Origin: Bacteroidota bacterium
Lineage (GTDB): Bacteria; Bacteroidota; Bacteroidia; UKL13-3
Length of the DNA stretch: 64,000 nt
NCBI GenBank assembly: GCA_037141455.1
Contig: JBAXCN010000003.1
Coordinates: 4,218-68,217 of the forward strand
Direction of reading: 5' to 3'
A model generated the notes under the pieces. The model was not told where the DNA came from. It made no database searches and saw nothing but the letters and a program-made list of their open reading frames with translations. A program made the position numbers and the translations under genes. Within the stretch, counting starts at the first letter, position 1, and every line of letters starts with the position of its first letter. Of the stretch, positions 1 through 8,807 are shown in pieces.

Positions 1-1010
1 GTTTCATAAATTTTACTTAGTTGCCTACATGTTTCAGAAAACACATTGTTAAAACTATTTTGTTTTGCTAGCCTATATGAAATTTCAGCAAAATAAGTAG
101 CACTATCTAATTTGTTTTTTTTAAAATAATAGCTCGATAAATTTAATGATGAAGTAATTTTATTTGGAATATCGTTGTTTATATTATCTAAATTGTGAGA
201 TTCTATTAAAAACGTAAATGATTTATCAAATTTATTTTGATCATAATAAATCATTCCTATATTATTTAAAACAGTTGATATATTTCTACGTTCATTATTT
301 TTTTTAAAAATTTCTAGCGCTACACTGTAATAGTATAATGCCTTAATAAATTCTTTTTTGTATTTGTAAATATTTCCTAAATTATTTGAAATTTTAGCTA
401 AATTCATTTCATCATTCAGATCTTTTACAATTTTATACGATTTTGTGTAATATAATTCTGCTTTTAAAGTGTCGTTTATATCTAAATAAAGTGAACCAAT
501 TTGGTTACAAGCTAGTGCAATTCTTTTTTGATTTCCTGCTTTTTCGCCTTTAGTTAAAGCACTCATATAATAGCGCATTGCCATAGTGAAATCATTTTGT
601 ATATAATACAAATTTCCCATGTTTTGGTAAGCCCATGCAATGGTGCTTAAATCGTTTGATTTTATTGCATAAGAAATTGCATACAAATAATTTATTTTAG
701 CATTTTTGTATTGTCCTTTTTCTCTGTCTAAATATCCAAAAATAATATAAGCACCTGCAAGTCCTTTTATATAACTTAGCCTATTTGATAAACTAAAAGC
801 TTGTTGCGCATAACTTTTTGCATTGGTAGTATCGTTTTGCTTTATAATATCAGCTAGAGCAATGTATATATCAACGCGTTTGTATTCTTTTGCAAATGGA
901 AGAATTTCTTCTAAACTGTCTTTTTCCGATTCAATCTGCGCATTTACTTTTATTGACAAAAAGCTAAATAACAGGCAAATAATTAATGTGAGGAGTAATG
1001 TATTTTTCAT
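1..1010 (-). CDS. TPR-repeat protein with signal peptide; its 3' end runs off the left edge of the window
   Basis: Absent from the ORF track because no stop lies in the window. The ATG is the complement of 1008-1010. My translation starts MKNTLLLTLIICLLFSFLSIKVNAQ and continues with repeated ~34-aa units (AWAYQNMGNLYYIQNDF, ISNNLGNIYKYKKEF, VLNNIGMIYYDQNKF) typical of TPR arrays. Confidence 0.6.
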   Translation of the reverse strand, partial: MKNTLLLTLIICLLFSFLSIKVNAQIESEKDSLEEILPFAKEYKRVDIYIALADIIKQNDTTNAKSYAQQAFSLSNRLSYIKGLAGAYIIFGYLDREKGQYKNAKINYLYAISYAIKSNDLSTIAWAYQNMGNLYYIQNDFTMAMRYYMSALTKGEKAGNQKRIALACNQIGSLYLDINDTLKAELYYTKSYKIVKDLNDEMNLAKISNNLGNIYKYKKEFIKALYYYSVALEIFKKNNERRNISTVLNNIGMIYYDQNKFDKSFTFLIESHNLDNINNDIPNKITSSLNLSSYYFKKNKLDSATYFAEISYRLAKQNSFNNVFSETCRQLSKIYE

Positions 1011-1137
1011 AAATAGGAGTGCATCAAATATATTAAAAAATATAGTTTTTTAAATAAAATTTAGTGTGCTATAATTACAGAGTTTAAAATAAACTATTAC
1101 AAAATATTGATTTTTTACACTTATTTTGGAGTCATAT

Positions 1138-2508
1138 ATGGCAAAAACATCAACTTCTTTTTTTTGTAAAAATTGTGGTGCTTCTTCAAGTAAATGGGTT
1201 GGAAAATGCAATAGTTGTGGCGAGTGGAATACTTATGTTGAAGAAGTAATTCACAAAGAAAAACTTGATTACAAAAGTACCTGGAAAGAAATGGGTAACG
1301 CACAAAGGGCATTAAAACCAGTTCCAATTAACCAAGTAGAACAAAAAAACGATGTGCGTTTAGCATTAAAAGATGGAGAATTTAGTAGGGTTTTAGGTGG
1401 TGGTTTGGTTCCTGGTTCGGTAATATTAATAGGAGGGGAGCCCGGTATTGGTAAATCAACTTTATTGCTTCAAATAGCATTGCAATTTAACAATTTAAAA
1501 GTACTTTATATAAGTGGTGAGGAAAGTGATACACAAATAAAAATGCGTGCAGAGCGATTGCCATTTACTAACGATAATTGTTATTTATATACTGAAACTT
1601 CAACCCAAAAAATTGGGAAAGCTTTTCAAGAATTACAACCCGATATTGTGATTGTTGATTCCATTCAAACTTTACAAAGTGAATTAATAGATGCTACGCC
1701 AGGAAGTATTTCGCAGGTAAAAGAAACTGCTGGCGACATGATTCGATTTGCAAAAGAAACAGGAACACCCGTTTTTTTAATTGGCCACATTACCAAAGAT
1801 GGAACCATTGCCGGACCAAAATTATTAGAACACATGGTGGATACTGTGTTACAATTTGAAGGCGACAGACATCACGTTTATAGAATTTTAAGAACTACCA
1901 AAAATCGTTTTGGAAGCACCAGTGAAATTGGAATTTATGAAATGCAAAATGGCGGATTAAGAGAGGTTTCAAATCCATCAGAAATATTGATAAGTCAGCG
2001 CGATGAAGCATTAAGTGGAGTAACTATTGCTGCTACCATAGAAGGCATGCGTCCATTGTTAATTGAAACCCAAGCATTGGTTAGCCAAGCTGTATATGGC
2101 ACTCCGCAGCGTAATAGTAATGGCTACGACACCAAAAGACTAAATATGCTTTTGGCAATTTTGGAAAAAAAATGTGGTTTACGAATGGGCATGCAAGATG
2201 TGTTTATAAATATTGCTGGTGGTTTGCGTGTTGAAGACCCAGGAATTGATTTAGCCATCGTAGCAGCTATTGTTTCAAGTTATGAAAACATTGCCATTGA
2301 TAGTAAAATATGTTTTGTAGGCGAAGTTGGTTTAAGTGGCGAAATTAGAGCTGTTAACCGAATAGAACAACGATTAAGTGAAGCTGAAAAATTAGGATTT
2401 ACTACTATTTATTTATCCAAGTTTAATAAATTGCCAAAGCAAAGCAGTGGCATAAAAATAATTCAAATAAGTAAAATAGATGAAATGTTGAGTTTTCTTT
2501 TTGGTTAA
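1138..2508 (+). CDS. radA: DNA repair protein RadA/Sms
   Basis: N-terminal C4 zinc finger (CKNCG...CNSCGEW), Walker A GEPGIGKST, KNRFG motif and a Lon-like C-terminal domain. The ORF track starts at TTG 1126; ATG 1138 (MAKTSTSFFC) is the more likely start. Confidence 0.92.
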   Translation: MAKTSTSFFCKNCGASSSKWVGKCNSCGEWNTYVEEVIHKEKLDYKSTWKEMGNAQRALKPVPINQVEQKNDVRLALKDGEFSRVLGGGLVPGSVILIGGEPGIGKSTLLLQIALQFNNLKVLYISGEESDTQIKMRAERLPFTNDNCYLYTETSTQKIGKAFQELQPDIVIVDSIQTLQSELIDATPGSISQVKETAGDMIRFAKETGTPVFLIGHITKDGTIAGPKLLEHMVDTVLQFEGDRHHVYRILRTTKNRFGSTSEIGIYEMQNGGLREVSNPSEILISQRDEALSGVTIAATIEGMRPLLIETQALVSQAVYGTPQRNSNGYDTKRLNMLLAILEKKCGLRMGMQDVFINIAGGLRVEDPGIDLAIVAAIVSSYENIAIDSKICFVGEVGLSGEIRAVNRIEQRLSEAEKLGFTTIYLSKFNKLPKQSSGIKIIQISKIDEMLSFLFG

Positions 2509-2534
2509 AAATTAATTGTTAAAATTAAAATGTT

Positions 2535-2957
2535 ATGGCAAAAAATAAGACAACTAAAACAGAAAAAGGTGTATTTGATTTTATAAACAAATTTGCTGAT
2601 TCGGAACAAAAACGAATAGATAGTTTAGAGCTATTAAATATAATGCAACAGGTTTCTGGTTATGAACCAAAAATGTGGGGACCATCAATAATTGGCTTTG
2701 GAAATTACCATTACAAATATGAAAGCGGCCACGAAGGTGATGCTCCGCTTATAGGCTTTTCACCGCGCAAAGCAGCTATTTCATTATATATATTTACAGG
2801 TTTAAGTGAGCATATGTATTTACTTGATAATTTTGGTAAATTTAAAATGGGAAAAGCTTGTATTTATATTAAAAAGTTATCAGATATTGATACAAATAGG
2901 TTAGAATTTATTATAACTGAAACCATTAAATATTTAAAAGAAAAATATCCAAAATAA
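2535..2957 (+). CDS. DUF1801 (YdhG-like) domain protein
   Basis: 140 aa. The pattern KMWGPSIIGFGNYHYKYESGHEGDAPLIGFSPRKAAISLY resembles the DUF1801 family. Assigned from memory only. Confidence 0.55.
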   Translation: MAKNKTTKTEKGVFDFINKFADSEQKRIDSLELLNIMQQVSGYEPKMWGPSIIGFGNYHYKYESGHEGDAPLIGFSPRKAAISLYIFTGLSEHMYLLDNFGKFKMGKACIYIKKLSDIDTNRLEFIITETIKYLKEKYPK

Positions 2958-3020
2958 TTAGCCTTAGCCGGTTCGGATTCTGCCCGTTGCTGGTGTTTTA
3001 GCGCAGCGGCACCAACAACA

Positions 3021-3060
3021 ATTCACCGCATTCGTTTGCATCTTGCGAGTGAATGTATTA
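3021..3060. repeat. Inverted partial copy of the GC-rich element that flanks parDE
   Basis: The reverse complement (CATTCACTCGCAAGATGCAAACGAATGCGGTGAAT) aligns with the 3' half of the copies at 3097 and 3798, sharing ACTCGCAAGATGC exactly with the 3798 copy. Confidence 0.45.
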
Positions 3061-3096
3061 ACAAGCCTCCGGCTCATTATTGTTTTTAAAATTTAA

Positions 3097-3160
3097 GTTA
3101 GGCGGGACGCCAAATAAACTCACACTCGCAACATGCGAGCAAGCGATTGGAATGTTTATT
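3097..3160 (+). repeat. GC-rich hairpin repeat, left copy flanking parDE
   Basis: GTTAGGCGGGACGCCAAATAAACTCACACTCGCAACATGCGAGC... The first 44 nt differ at 2 positions from 3798-3841. It contains the hairpins GGCG-GGA-CGCC and CTCGCA-ACA-TGCGAG. Confidence 0.75.
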
Positions 3161-3455
3161 CTTGGATTCTATTTTTTAAATCCATACTAGCATGAAGAAA
3201 TCTAATAATTTCTATTTCTTTTTCATTTAGAATTCTGTAAAAAATAACATGTTGGCCAGATAGGTAACCAAAAATATCTTTCTCAATTTCAATGTAATTC
3301 TTTCCTAAAATTTGATTTTCTGATAATTCTTTGCAGTCTTCAAGCAATTCAAAGTAATATTTGTCGGCTTGATTTTCGGACCAAACTTCATACGTATAAT
3401 CCCAAATTTCAGATAAATCTTGAACAGCTTTGTTTGTTAAATGATATTTAGTCAT
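3156..3455 (-). CDS. parE: Type II toxin, ParE/RelE family
   Basis: 99 aa. It overlaps the upstream antitoxin gene by 8 nt. The sequence (LTNKAVQDLSEIWDYT...HVIFYRI...IEIIRFLHASMD) is typical of ParE toxins. Confidence 0.85.
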   Translation of the reverse strand: MTKYHLTNKAVQDLSEIWDYTYEVWSENQADKYYFELLEDCKELSENQILGKNYIEIEKDIFGYLSGQHVIFYRILNEKEIEIIRFLHASMDLKNRIQE

Positions 3456-3696
3456 TTCTCTTTTTTGCTTTTAACAATTCAAGGTGTTTTTTAGGGTTAA
3501 AATTTTCAGCAATTCCGCTTTCAATGCCTTCATTGATTGCCTTTTTAAGTATGTGTATTTTATTCTCTTCTCCTTCTAATAACCTTAAACCAGCTCTAAT
3601 TACTTCGCTTGCATTTTTATACCTACCTTCCAACACCTTGTTGTCCACAAAATTTTCAAAATAATCTCCTAAAGAAACCGATGTATTTCGTCCCAT
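3448..3696 (-). CDS. parD: Type II antitoxin, ParD family (ribbon-helix-helix)
   Basis: 82 aa. The motif RYKNASEVIRAGLRLLE is characteristic of ParD-type antitoxins, and the gene lies immediately upstream of parE in the same operon. Confidence 0.85.
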   Translation of the reverse strand: MGRNTSVSLGDYFENFVDNKVLEGRYKNASEVIRAGLRLLEGEENKIHILKKAINEGIESGIAENFNPKKHLELLKAKKRND

Positions 3697-3726
3697 AATT
3701 TTAATTTTGTTTTTATTTTTTCAAAG

Positions 3727-3743
3727 TTACCAAAAATTGGTAA
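3727..3743. promoter_or_regulatory. Candidate parDE operator palindrome
   Basis: TTACCAA-AAA-TTGGTAA is a perfect 7-bp inverted repeat about 30 nt upstream of the parD start. Type II antitoxins commonly autoregulate through such palindromes. Confidence 0.4.
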
Positions 3744-3797
3744 TTTTCAAATAAAAGTTCCATTCTATTATTCGTTTATAAAACCCAATAAGCTTTT

Positions 3798-3857
3798 GTT
3801 AGGCGGGACGCCAAATAAACTCAAACTCGCAAGATGCGAGCGAGTGCGGAATTTATC
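3798..3857 (+). repeat. GC-rich hairpin repeat, right copy flanking parDE
   Basis: Same orientation as 3097-3160 and offset by 701 bp: GTTAGGCGGGACGCCAAATAAACTCAAACTCGCAAGATGCGAGC... Confidence 0.75.
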
Positions 3858-3922
3858 TATAGTAAAGAAATTTTTACATTAAATTTTAAAGGCAGTAATT
3901 AATTCTTATGTTTGCCTAGTTA

Positions 3923-4945
3923 ATGAACAGAAACCTCACAGATGGTATAAACTTACTTTCCAAATTAAATGGAAAACGAATTTTTAATGCCTTTAAATTA
4001 TACAGTAGTTATTATTTCTCAAAAACTTTAAAAAAACCTATTCAATGGGGAATGCCATTGAGTATGGAAATTGAACCAACTACCAGTTGCAATTTGCGCT
4101 GCCCTCAATGCCCTAGTGGGTTACGCGAATTTACACGCGATACTGGCATGTTGGACTTGAACCTATACAAAAAAATTTTAGATGAAATTCATCCAGAATT
4201 GGTGTGGTTAATTTTGTATTTTCAAGGGGAACCATTTTTAAATAAAAATTTTTTAGAATTTGTAAAATATGCTGCTACTAAAAATGTGTACACAGCTACC
4301 AGCAGCAACGCCCATTATTTTACCGATGAAATGGCAAAAGCTACTGTACAATCGGGGTTGGATAGGTTGATAATTTCGATAGATGGAACTAGCCAAGATA
4401 CTTATGGAAAATACAGAATAGGTGGTAAAATTGAGAAAGTAATTGAAGGCACACAAAATCTATTAAAATGGAAAAAGGAATTAGGTGTTAAAACGCCACA
4501 TATTATTTGGCAGTTTATTGCTTTTAAACACAATGAACACCAAATACCTGAAATAAAAAAATTAGCTAAAGAAATTGGGGTTGATGAATTGGGAATTAAA
4601 ACAGCTCAAATTTACGATTACCAGACAAGTGACGAGTTTATTCCAGAAAACGAAAAACTAAGCAGGTATTCGAAAACCGATGATGGTTATAAAATTAAAA
4701 ATAAATTATTGAACCAATGTTGGCGAATGTGGCGAGGCAGTGTAATAACTTGGGATGGTTTGGTAGTGCCTTGTTGTTTTGATAAAGATGCTACACATAG
4801 ATTTGGAAATGTAAGTAAACAAACCTTTAAAGAAGTTTGGAAAGGCGAGCAATACAATAATTTTAGAAACGCCATTTTAAAAAGCAGAAAAGAAATTGAT
4901 ATATGCACCAACTGCACCGAAGGTACTAAGGTTTGGAGTGAATAG
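3923..4945 (+). CDS. Radical SAM protein with C-terminal SPASM-type Cys cluster
   Basis: CNLRCPQC (CxxxCxxC) at the start of the core domain, and a C-terminal Cys-rich region (CWRMW...PCCFD...CTNC). Confidence 0.8.
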   Translation: MNRNLTDGINLLSKLNGKRIFNAFKLYSSYYFSKTLKKPIQWGMPLSMEIEPTTSCNLRCPQCPSGLREFTRDTGMLDLNLYKKILDEIHPELVWLILYFQGEPFLNKNFLEFVKYAATKNVYTATSSNAHYFTDEMAKATVQSGLDRLIISIDGTSQDTYGKYRIGGKIEKVIEGTQNLLKWKKELGVKTPHIIWQFIAFKHNEHQIPEIKKLAKEIGVDELGIKTAQIYDYQTSDEFIPENEKLSRYSKTDDGYKIKNKLLNQCWRMWRGSVITWDGLVVPCCFDKDATHRFGNVSKQTFKEVWKGEQYNNFRNAILKSRKEIDICTNCTEGTKVWSE

Positions 4946-5014
4946 CGGTTAGTTGATAGCAACGAATTCGTAGAGACGTTGCATGCAACGTCTTAAATTA
5001 TATAGCGGTTAGTT
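4942..5014. repeat. 47-bp insert carrying a perfect 20-bp palindrome, flanked by a 13-bp direct repeat
   Basis: ATAGCGGTTAGTT occurs at 4942-4954 and 5002-5014. The palindrome AGACGTTGCATGCAACGTCT lies at 4974-4993. The first repeat copy overlaps the TAG stop of the radical SAM gene. Confidence 0.65.
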
Positions 5015-5040
5015 TTTGGTTGAAATAAATTACCTAATTT

Positions 5041-5538
5041 TTAATCAATAATATAAACTGTAAAACCAATTGGTAATTGTCCAGGTTTTTTGGGTCTAAT
5101 ACCTTTCATGTTTGGGCCATCTAAATCGGTTATTGATAAATCAATTTCGGTAAAAGTTAAAATACTGCCTTTAGGTAATTTAAATACCGCTTCGTTAAAT
5201 TCTTTACCAAAAATATTTCCTTTTATAGCAAAAGTATTTTTTGTGCCAGCATCTGGCTCTTTTTGGGTTGAGTTGGTTAACAAAATAGAAAAACCTGTTA
5301 AACAATTCTTACGGGCCAAAGGTCCAATTTTAGGAGCTAGAACCAATCTGGGTGATCCTACTTTAAAAAAATTTCTACTTACTTCTATTTTTTTAAATAA
5401 ATCTATTTTTTCAATACCATTGTCTAAATACAAATAATAACCCGCCTTCATTTTGGTTAAAGTTGGGTGTTCCTTTACTTGCTGTGGAATTACTTTAAGG
5501 GTAAAAAAACTTAAAATGATTAATAAAGATGTTTTCAT
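5041..5538 (-). CDS. Hypothetical secreted protein
   Basis: 165-aa ORF with an N-terminal signal-like segment (MKTSLLIILSFFTLKVIPQ). No recognisable motif. The antisense ORF 5090..5437 is judged spurious. Confidence 0.5.
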   Translation of the reverse strand: MKTSLLIILSFFTLKVIPQQVKEHPTLTKMKAGYYLYLDNGIEKIDLFKKIEVSRNFFKVGSPRLVLAPKIGPLARKNCLTGFSILLTNSTQKEPDAGTKNTFAIKGNIFGKEFNEAVFKLPKGSILTFTEIDLSITDLDGPNMKGIRPKKPGQLPIGFTVYIID

Positions 5539-5597
5539 AGTTTAAAATGTAAAATTAAACATTTTTTAAAAATATAATAGTTAAAATTTTCTTATTT

Positions 5598-8054
5598 TTA
5601 AAATCCCATGTCCATATTTTCAATTGGCATATTTTGGTTCGGCTTTTTCTTAGTGAATGGATTTTCATTTCCACCAAAGCGATAGGTTAATGAAAAAGTT
5701 AAAACCCTGCTTTCTCTTTTACGCATTCCATCGTAAGTAAAACCTATACCATCTATTCTAATATTAAATTCTCTGTTATCAAAGACATCGGTAAGGTTTA
5801 AACCAGTTTGTAACTTACCTTTTAAAAAGTCTTTTCTTACTCCAATATCCATCCCATTCATCATACCATAAACAGTGTTTTGTCCATTTCGCATGGGTGC
5901 AGCATACATGCCATTTGCCTGAAAAAAGAATGATTTTGGCAAAGGTAAATTATAGGTAAATCGTACGTTCCAAGTGTTAATTGACGACTGTAAATCGCTT
6001 ACCACATTTGAACCATTTATTTCGTTTTTATACCAGTTTCCACTTAGCATTAAATTGCCTAATTTTTTAAAAGTATATCTTACTATTACTTCTACTCCTG
6101 TATTTTCTGACGAACTAAAATTAAAAAAAGTCAATAAAGATTGACCTGTACTTTGATCAATGGTTCTCAATCGTGAAATTAAATTACTGGTGTAGCGGTA
6201 GTATAATGTAGTACTAAAATTGAGTTTATTTAATTGTGTTAAATAGTTTAACTCGTAGCTTTGAATGTATTCAGGCTGAATGTTAGGGTTTCCTCGTCTA
6301 ATATTTACTGAATCGGCATAATCTGTAAAAGGATTTAAACTTTCAAAACCTGGGCGGTTTATTCGCCTACTAAAACTCGCTTGCAAATCTTGGTTTTTGG
6401 TTAAAGCGTATTTAATAAAACCACTTGGAAAAAAATTATAATAATTGTTATTAAACTTTTTGTTTACAGTTACCGAGTTACCATCAATATCAGTAATTTC
6501 ACTTCTTACACCAAATTGATAATCAAATTTATTGTATTTACTCGCAAAAGTTAAATAGCCTGCATAAACTACTTCATTGTAAATAAACTGATTGCTTATT
6601 AGTGAGTCTTTCCAAAATTCAGATGTACTAAAATTATACCTATTGCCAGTTTGGTTATTTTCTATATTTCTAATAGTAGTTTTTAAACCTGTTTCTATTT
6701 TGCCAAACTTTGATGGATTTATATAATCTACTTGAGTTATAAAATTGGTAAAATTTGAGTTATTAATATTGCGCTGTGCAACCAAGTCGAAATTTGGCGA
6801 ATTGGAGTTTTTATAATTTTCAATGGCTTCTTTTAAAGTAGAACTTATGTTTGCACTTGCCGTTAATTCTTTTTTTGAATTACTAAATGTTTTTTTATAA
6901 TCAGCAGTTGCATCAAAAGTTAAATTATAATCAGTCGAAAAATTATTTCTTTCAAATACGCTTGAAGGATTTAAAATACTATCGAAATAACTAAATTTAA
7001 TGGCATCGGGTTTGTTTGAAATATTGCTACTTATTCCAGATGAAAAACTGATTGTATTTTGGTTATTTATATAATAATCAATTCCAATTCTGCCAGTGTT
7101 AAAATCGTTTAAATTATAGCCATCATTAGTACTTTTAAACGAAAAACTGTTGCTGTCAAAATCATTGAATTGATCTCCTCTCCCAAAGCTATTTCTTCTT
7201 TCGTGCCTAAACGAATAATTTCCATATAAATTATATTTACTGGTTCGGTTGTTTATACCAAAGTTTAGTGAATATTTATCGTTTGTTCCAATAGTTGATT
7301 GTACATTTCCATTAAAACCTTTCATTTTATCTTTTTTAGTTTTAATATTTATAATTCCTGCCATTCCATCTGCATCGTATTTTGCTGAAGGATTTGTAAT
7401 TACTTCCACTTCACTTATTGCACCAGCTGGCAATTGCTGTAAAATGGCCTGCCTATTTGCCCCGCTTAATGTACTTGGTTTTCCGTCAATTAATACAGTT
7501 ACATTTTCACTTCCTCTCAAACTTATTTTTCCATCCAAATCTACATTTACCGAAGGAATATTTTGTAAAATATCGGTTGCTGAACCACCCACATTGGTTA
7601 TGTTTTTGCCTACTGCGTATGTTTTTTTATCAAGCTGATTTGAAAAATCATTTCTTTCTCCATTTATTTCAATAGTATTTAAATTTTTTAAATTAGGCAC
7701 CATTTTTAATTTACCCAAATCAACTACTAAATCTTTTGCTGTTAAATCGAAACTATTGGAATAAATTGTTTGGTAGCCAATAAAGCGAGCTTTTAACTTA
7801 TAGCTTCCAAAAGGCAAGTTTTCTAATTTTATTTCACCTTTTTTGGTGGTTGTTGTCCCAGTAATTAAGGTTGAGTCTTTTGCTTTTAATAATGAAACAG
7901 TAACATATTCAACTGGCTTGTTAGTTTTACTATCAATAAATGCAGCTAAAACAGTGGCTGGACCTACACTTGTATTAGGTTTAAAGGTGGGTTGCGCAAA
8001 ATTATTTTTTAATAAAATAAAAAGTAAAAAAGTAAAAAGGAGTGTTTTTTTCAA
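5598..8054 (-). CDS. TonB-dependent receptor / outer-membrane beta-barrel family protein
   Basis: Signal peptide, CarboxypepD_reg-like N-terminal domain (KPVEYVTVSLL...GSYKLKARFIGYQ), plug-like segment (LRGSENVTVLIDGKP), a long beta-rich region and a terminal F. Confidence 0.8.
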   Translation of the reverse strand: MKKTLLFTFLLFILLKNNFAQPTFKPNTSVGPATVLAAFIDSKTNKPVEYVTVSLLKAKDSTLITGTTTTKKGEIKLENLPFGSYKLKARFIGYQTIYSNSFDLTAKDLVVDLGKLKMVPNLKNLNTIEINGERNDFSNQLDKKTYAVGKNITNVGGSATDILQNIPSVNVDLDGKISLRGSENVTVLIDGKPSTLSGANRQAILQQLPAGAISEVEVITNPSAKYDADGMAGIINIKTKKDKMKGFNGNVQSTIGTNDKYSLNFGINNRTSKYNLYGNYSFRHERRNSFGRGDQFNDFDSNSFSFKSTNDGYNLNDFNTGRIGIDYYINNQNTISFSSGISSNISNKPDAIKFSYFDSILNPSSVFERNNFSTDYNLTFDATADYKKTFSNSKKELTASANISSTLKEAIENYKNSNSPNFDLVAQRNINNSNFTNFITQVDYINPSKFGKIETGLKTTIRNIENNQTGNRYNFSTSEFWKDSLISNQFIYNEVVYAGYLTFASKYNKFDYQFGVRSEITDIDGNSVTVNKKFNNNYYNFFPSGFIKYALTKNQDLQASFSRRINRPGFESLNPFTDYADSVNIRRGNPNIQPEYIQSYELNYLTQLNKLNFSTTLYYRYTSNLISRLRTIDQSTGQSLLTFFNFSSSENTGVEVIVRYTFKKLGNLMLSGNWYKNEINGSNVVSDLQSSINTWNVRFTYNLPLPKSFFFQANGMYAAPMRNGQNTVYGMMNGMDIGVRKDFLKGKLQTGLNLTDVFDNREFNIRIDGIGFTYDGMRKRESRVLTFSLTYRFGGNENPFTKKKPNQNMPIENMDMGF

Positions 8055-8076
8055 TGAAAGGTTTATTTTTAAAAAG

Positions 8077-8763
8077 CTAGTTATTGAAATTTTGTTTTAG
8101 CAAATAGTTGTTTTTTAATAAAGGGCAAACTTTATAACGTTCATCATGCGTATCTAAATATAAACTTTCAAGTACTTCATACACATTTTTAACACCAATT
8201 TTATCTGCCCATTCAAATGGTCCAAAAGGGTAATTAGTTCCAAGTTTCATGCTAATATCTATGTCGTTCATATTAGCAGTGCCTTCTTGCAAGGTAAAAC
8301 AAGCTTCGTTTATTATCATACAAACTACTCTTGGAGTTACCATTCCTACTCTATCGTTTACTATTTTAAATTCGCATTTCAAGGCATTCAATGTGTTTTC
8401 CAAAAGTATTAAATTAGCATTATTATAAATGCTTACTTCTATTAAACTACGGTTAATAAAAGTATCAATTGCGTTTATACCAAAAAGTGGAAATTGAATA
8501 TCAGTATTTGGTTCAAAAATCATTTGAGCTAAACTTTTTTTAACAGCACAAACAAAAACAGGTGTTTTTATTAAATTTTTATAATTTAACCATGAAGTTT
8601 TTATGTTATCATCAAAATTTAAATCAAAAATTACATCATAATTGCCATCATTTAAAATTATTTCTTTATTTTCGTCAATACAATCTATCTCATAATCAGG
8701 CAATGAAAGTTTTTGTTTCAATTCTTCTAATCTTTTGCTGTTTCCTTTTGCTAAAATTTTCAT
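8077..8763 (-). CDS. 3-hydroxyacyl-CoA dehydrogenase family protein with a degenerate N-terminal domain
   Basis: The C-terminal half (GMVTPRVVCMIINEACFTLQEGTA...DIDISMKLGTNYPFGPFEWAD) matches the 3HCDH family pattern. No GxGxxG motif is visible at the N-terminus. Confidence 0.6.
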   Translation of the reverse strand: MKILAKGNSKRLEELKQKLSLPDYEIDCIDENKEIILNDGNYDVIFDLNFDDNIKTSWLNYKNLIKTPVFVCAVKKSLAQMIFEPNTDIQFPLFGINAIDTFINRSLIEVSIYNNANLILLENTLNALKCEFKIVNDRVGMVTPRVVCMIINEACFTLQEGTANMNDIDISMKLGTNYPFGPFEWADKIGVKNVYEVLESLYLDTHDERYKVCPLLKNNYLLKQNFNN

Positions 8764-8807
8764 ATTCGCAGCAAATTAAACCCATCAAAATTAAAAAACA
8801 CACAAAA

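Noticed and set aside
823-1053. 76-aa plus-strand ORF
   Set aside because: It is antisense to the TPR-protein gene, which continues to the window edge, and has low-complexity composition.
3069-3077. 38-aa Cys-rich minus-strand mini-ORF (MSRRLVNTFTRKMQTNAVNCCWCRCAKTPATGRIRTG) inside the GC-rich repeat region 2964-3077
   Set aside because: It lies wholly within hairpin-forming repeat DNA, and its composition follows from the GC-rich palindromes. There is no ribosome-binding context. It is most likely a by-product of the repeat.
3097-3103. Integron attC sites: GTTAGGC matches the GTTRRRY core, and GTCTAAC at 54795 and 54833 matches RYYYAAC. ParDE and HigBA are also typical integron-cassette cargo.
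   Set aside because: I found no inverse-core partner at attC-like distance from any of these 7-mers. There is no intI or attI. The three loci are tens of kb apart rather than in an array. Such 7-mers are expected by chance. The idea is kept only as a possibility to test with IntegronFinder or the attC covariance model.
8562-8807. N-terminal extension of the ridA ORF (track start 8562)
   Set aside because: It overlaps the convergent 3HCDH-like gene by about 200 nt. The RidA family begins at MEKKIITS (8808).
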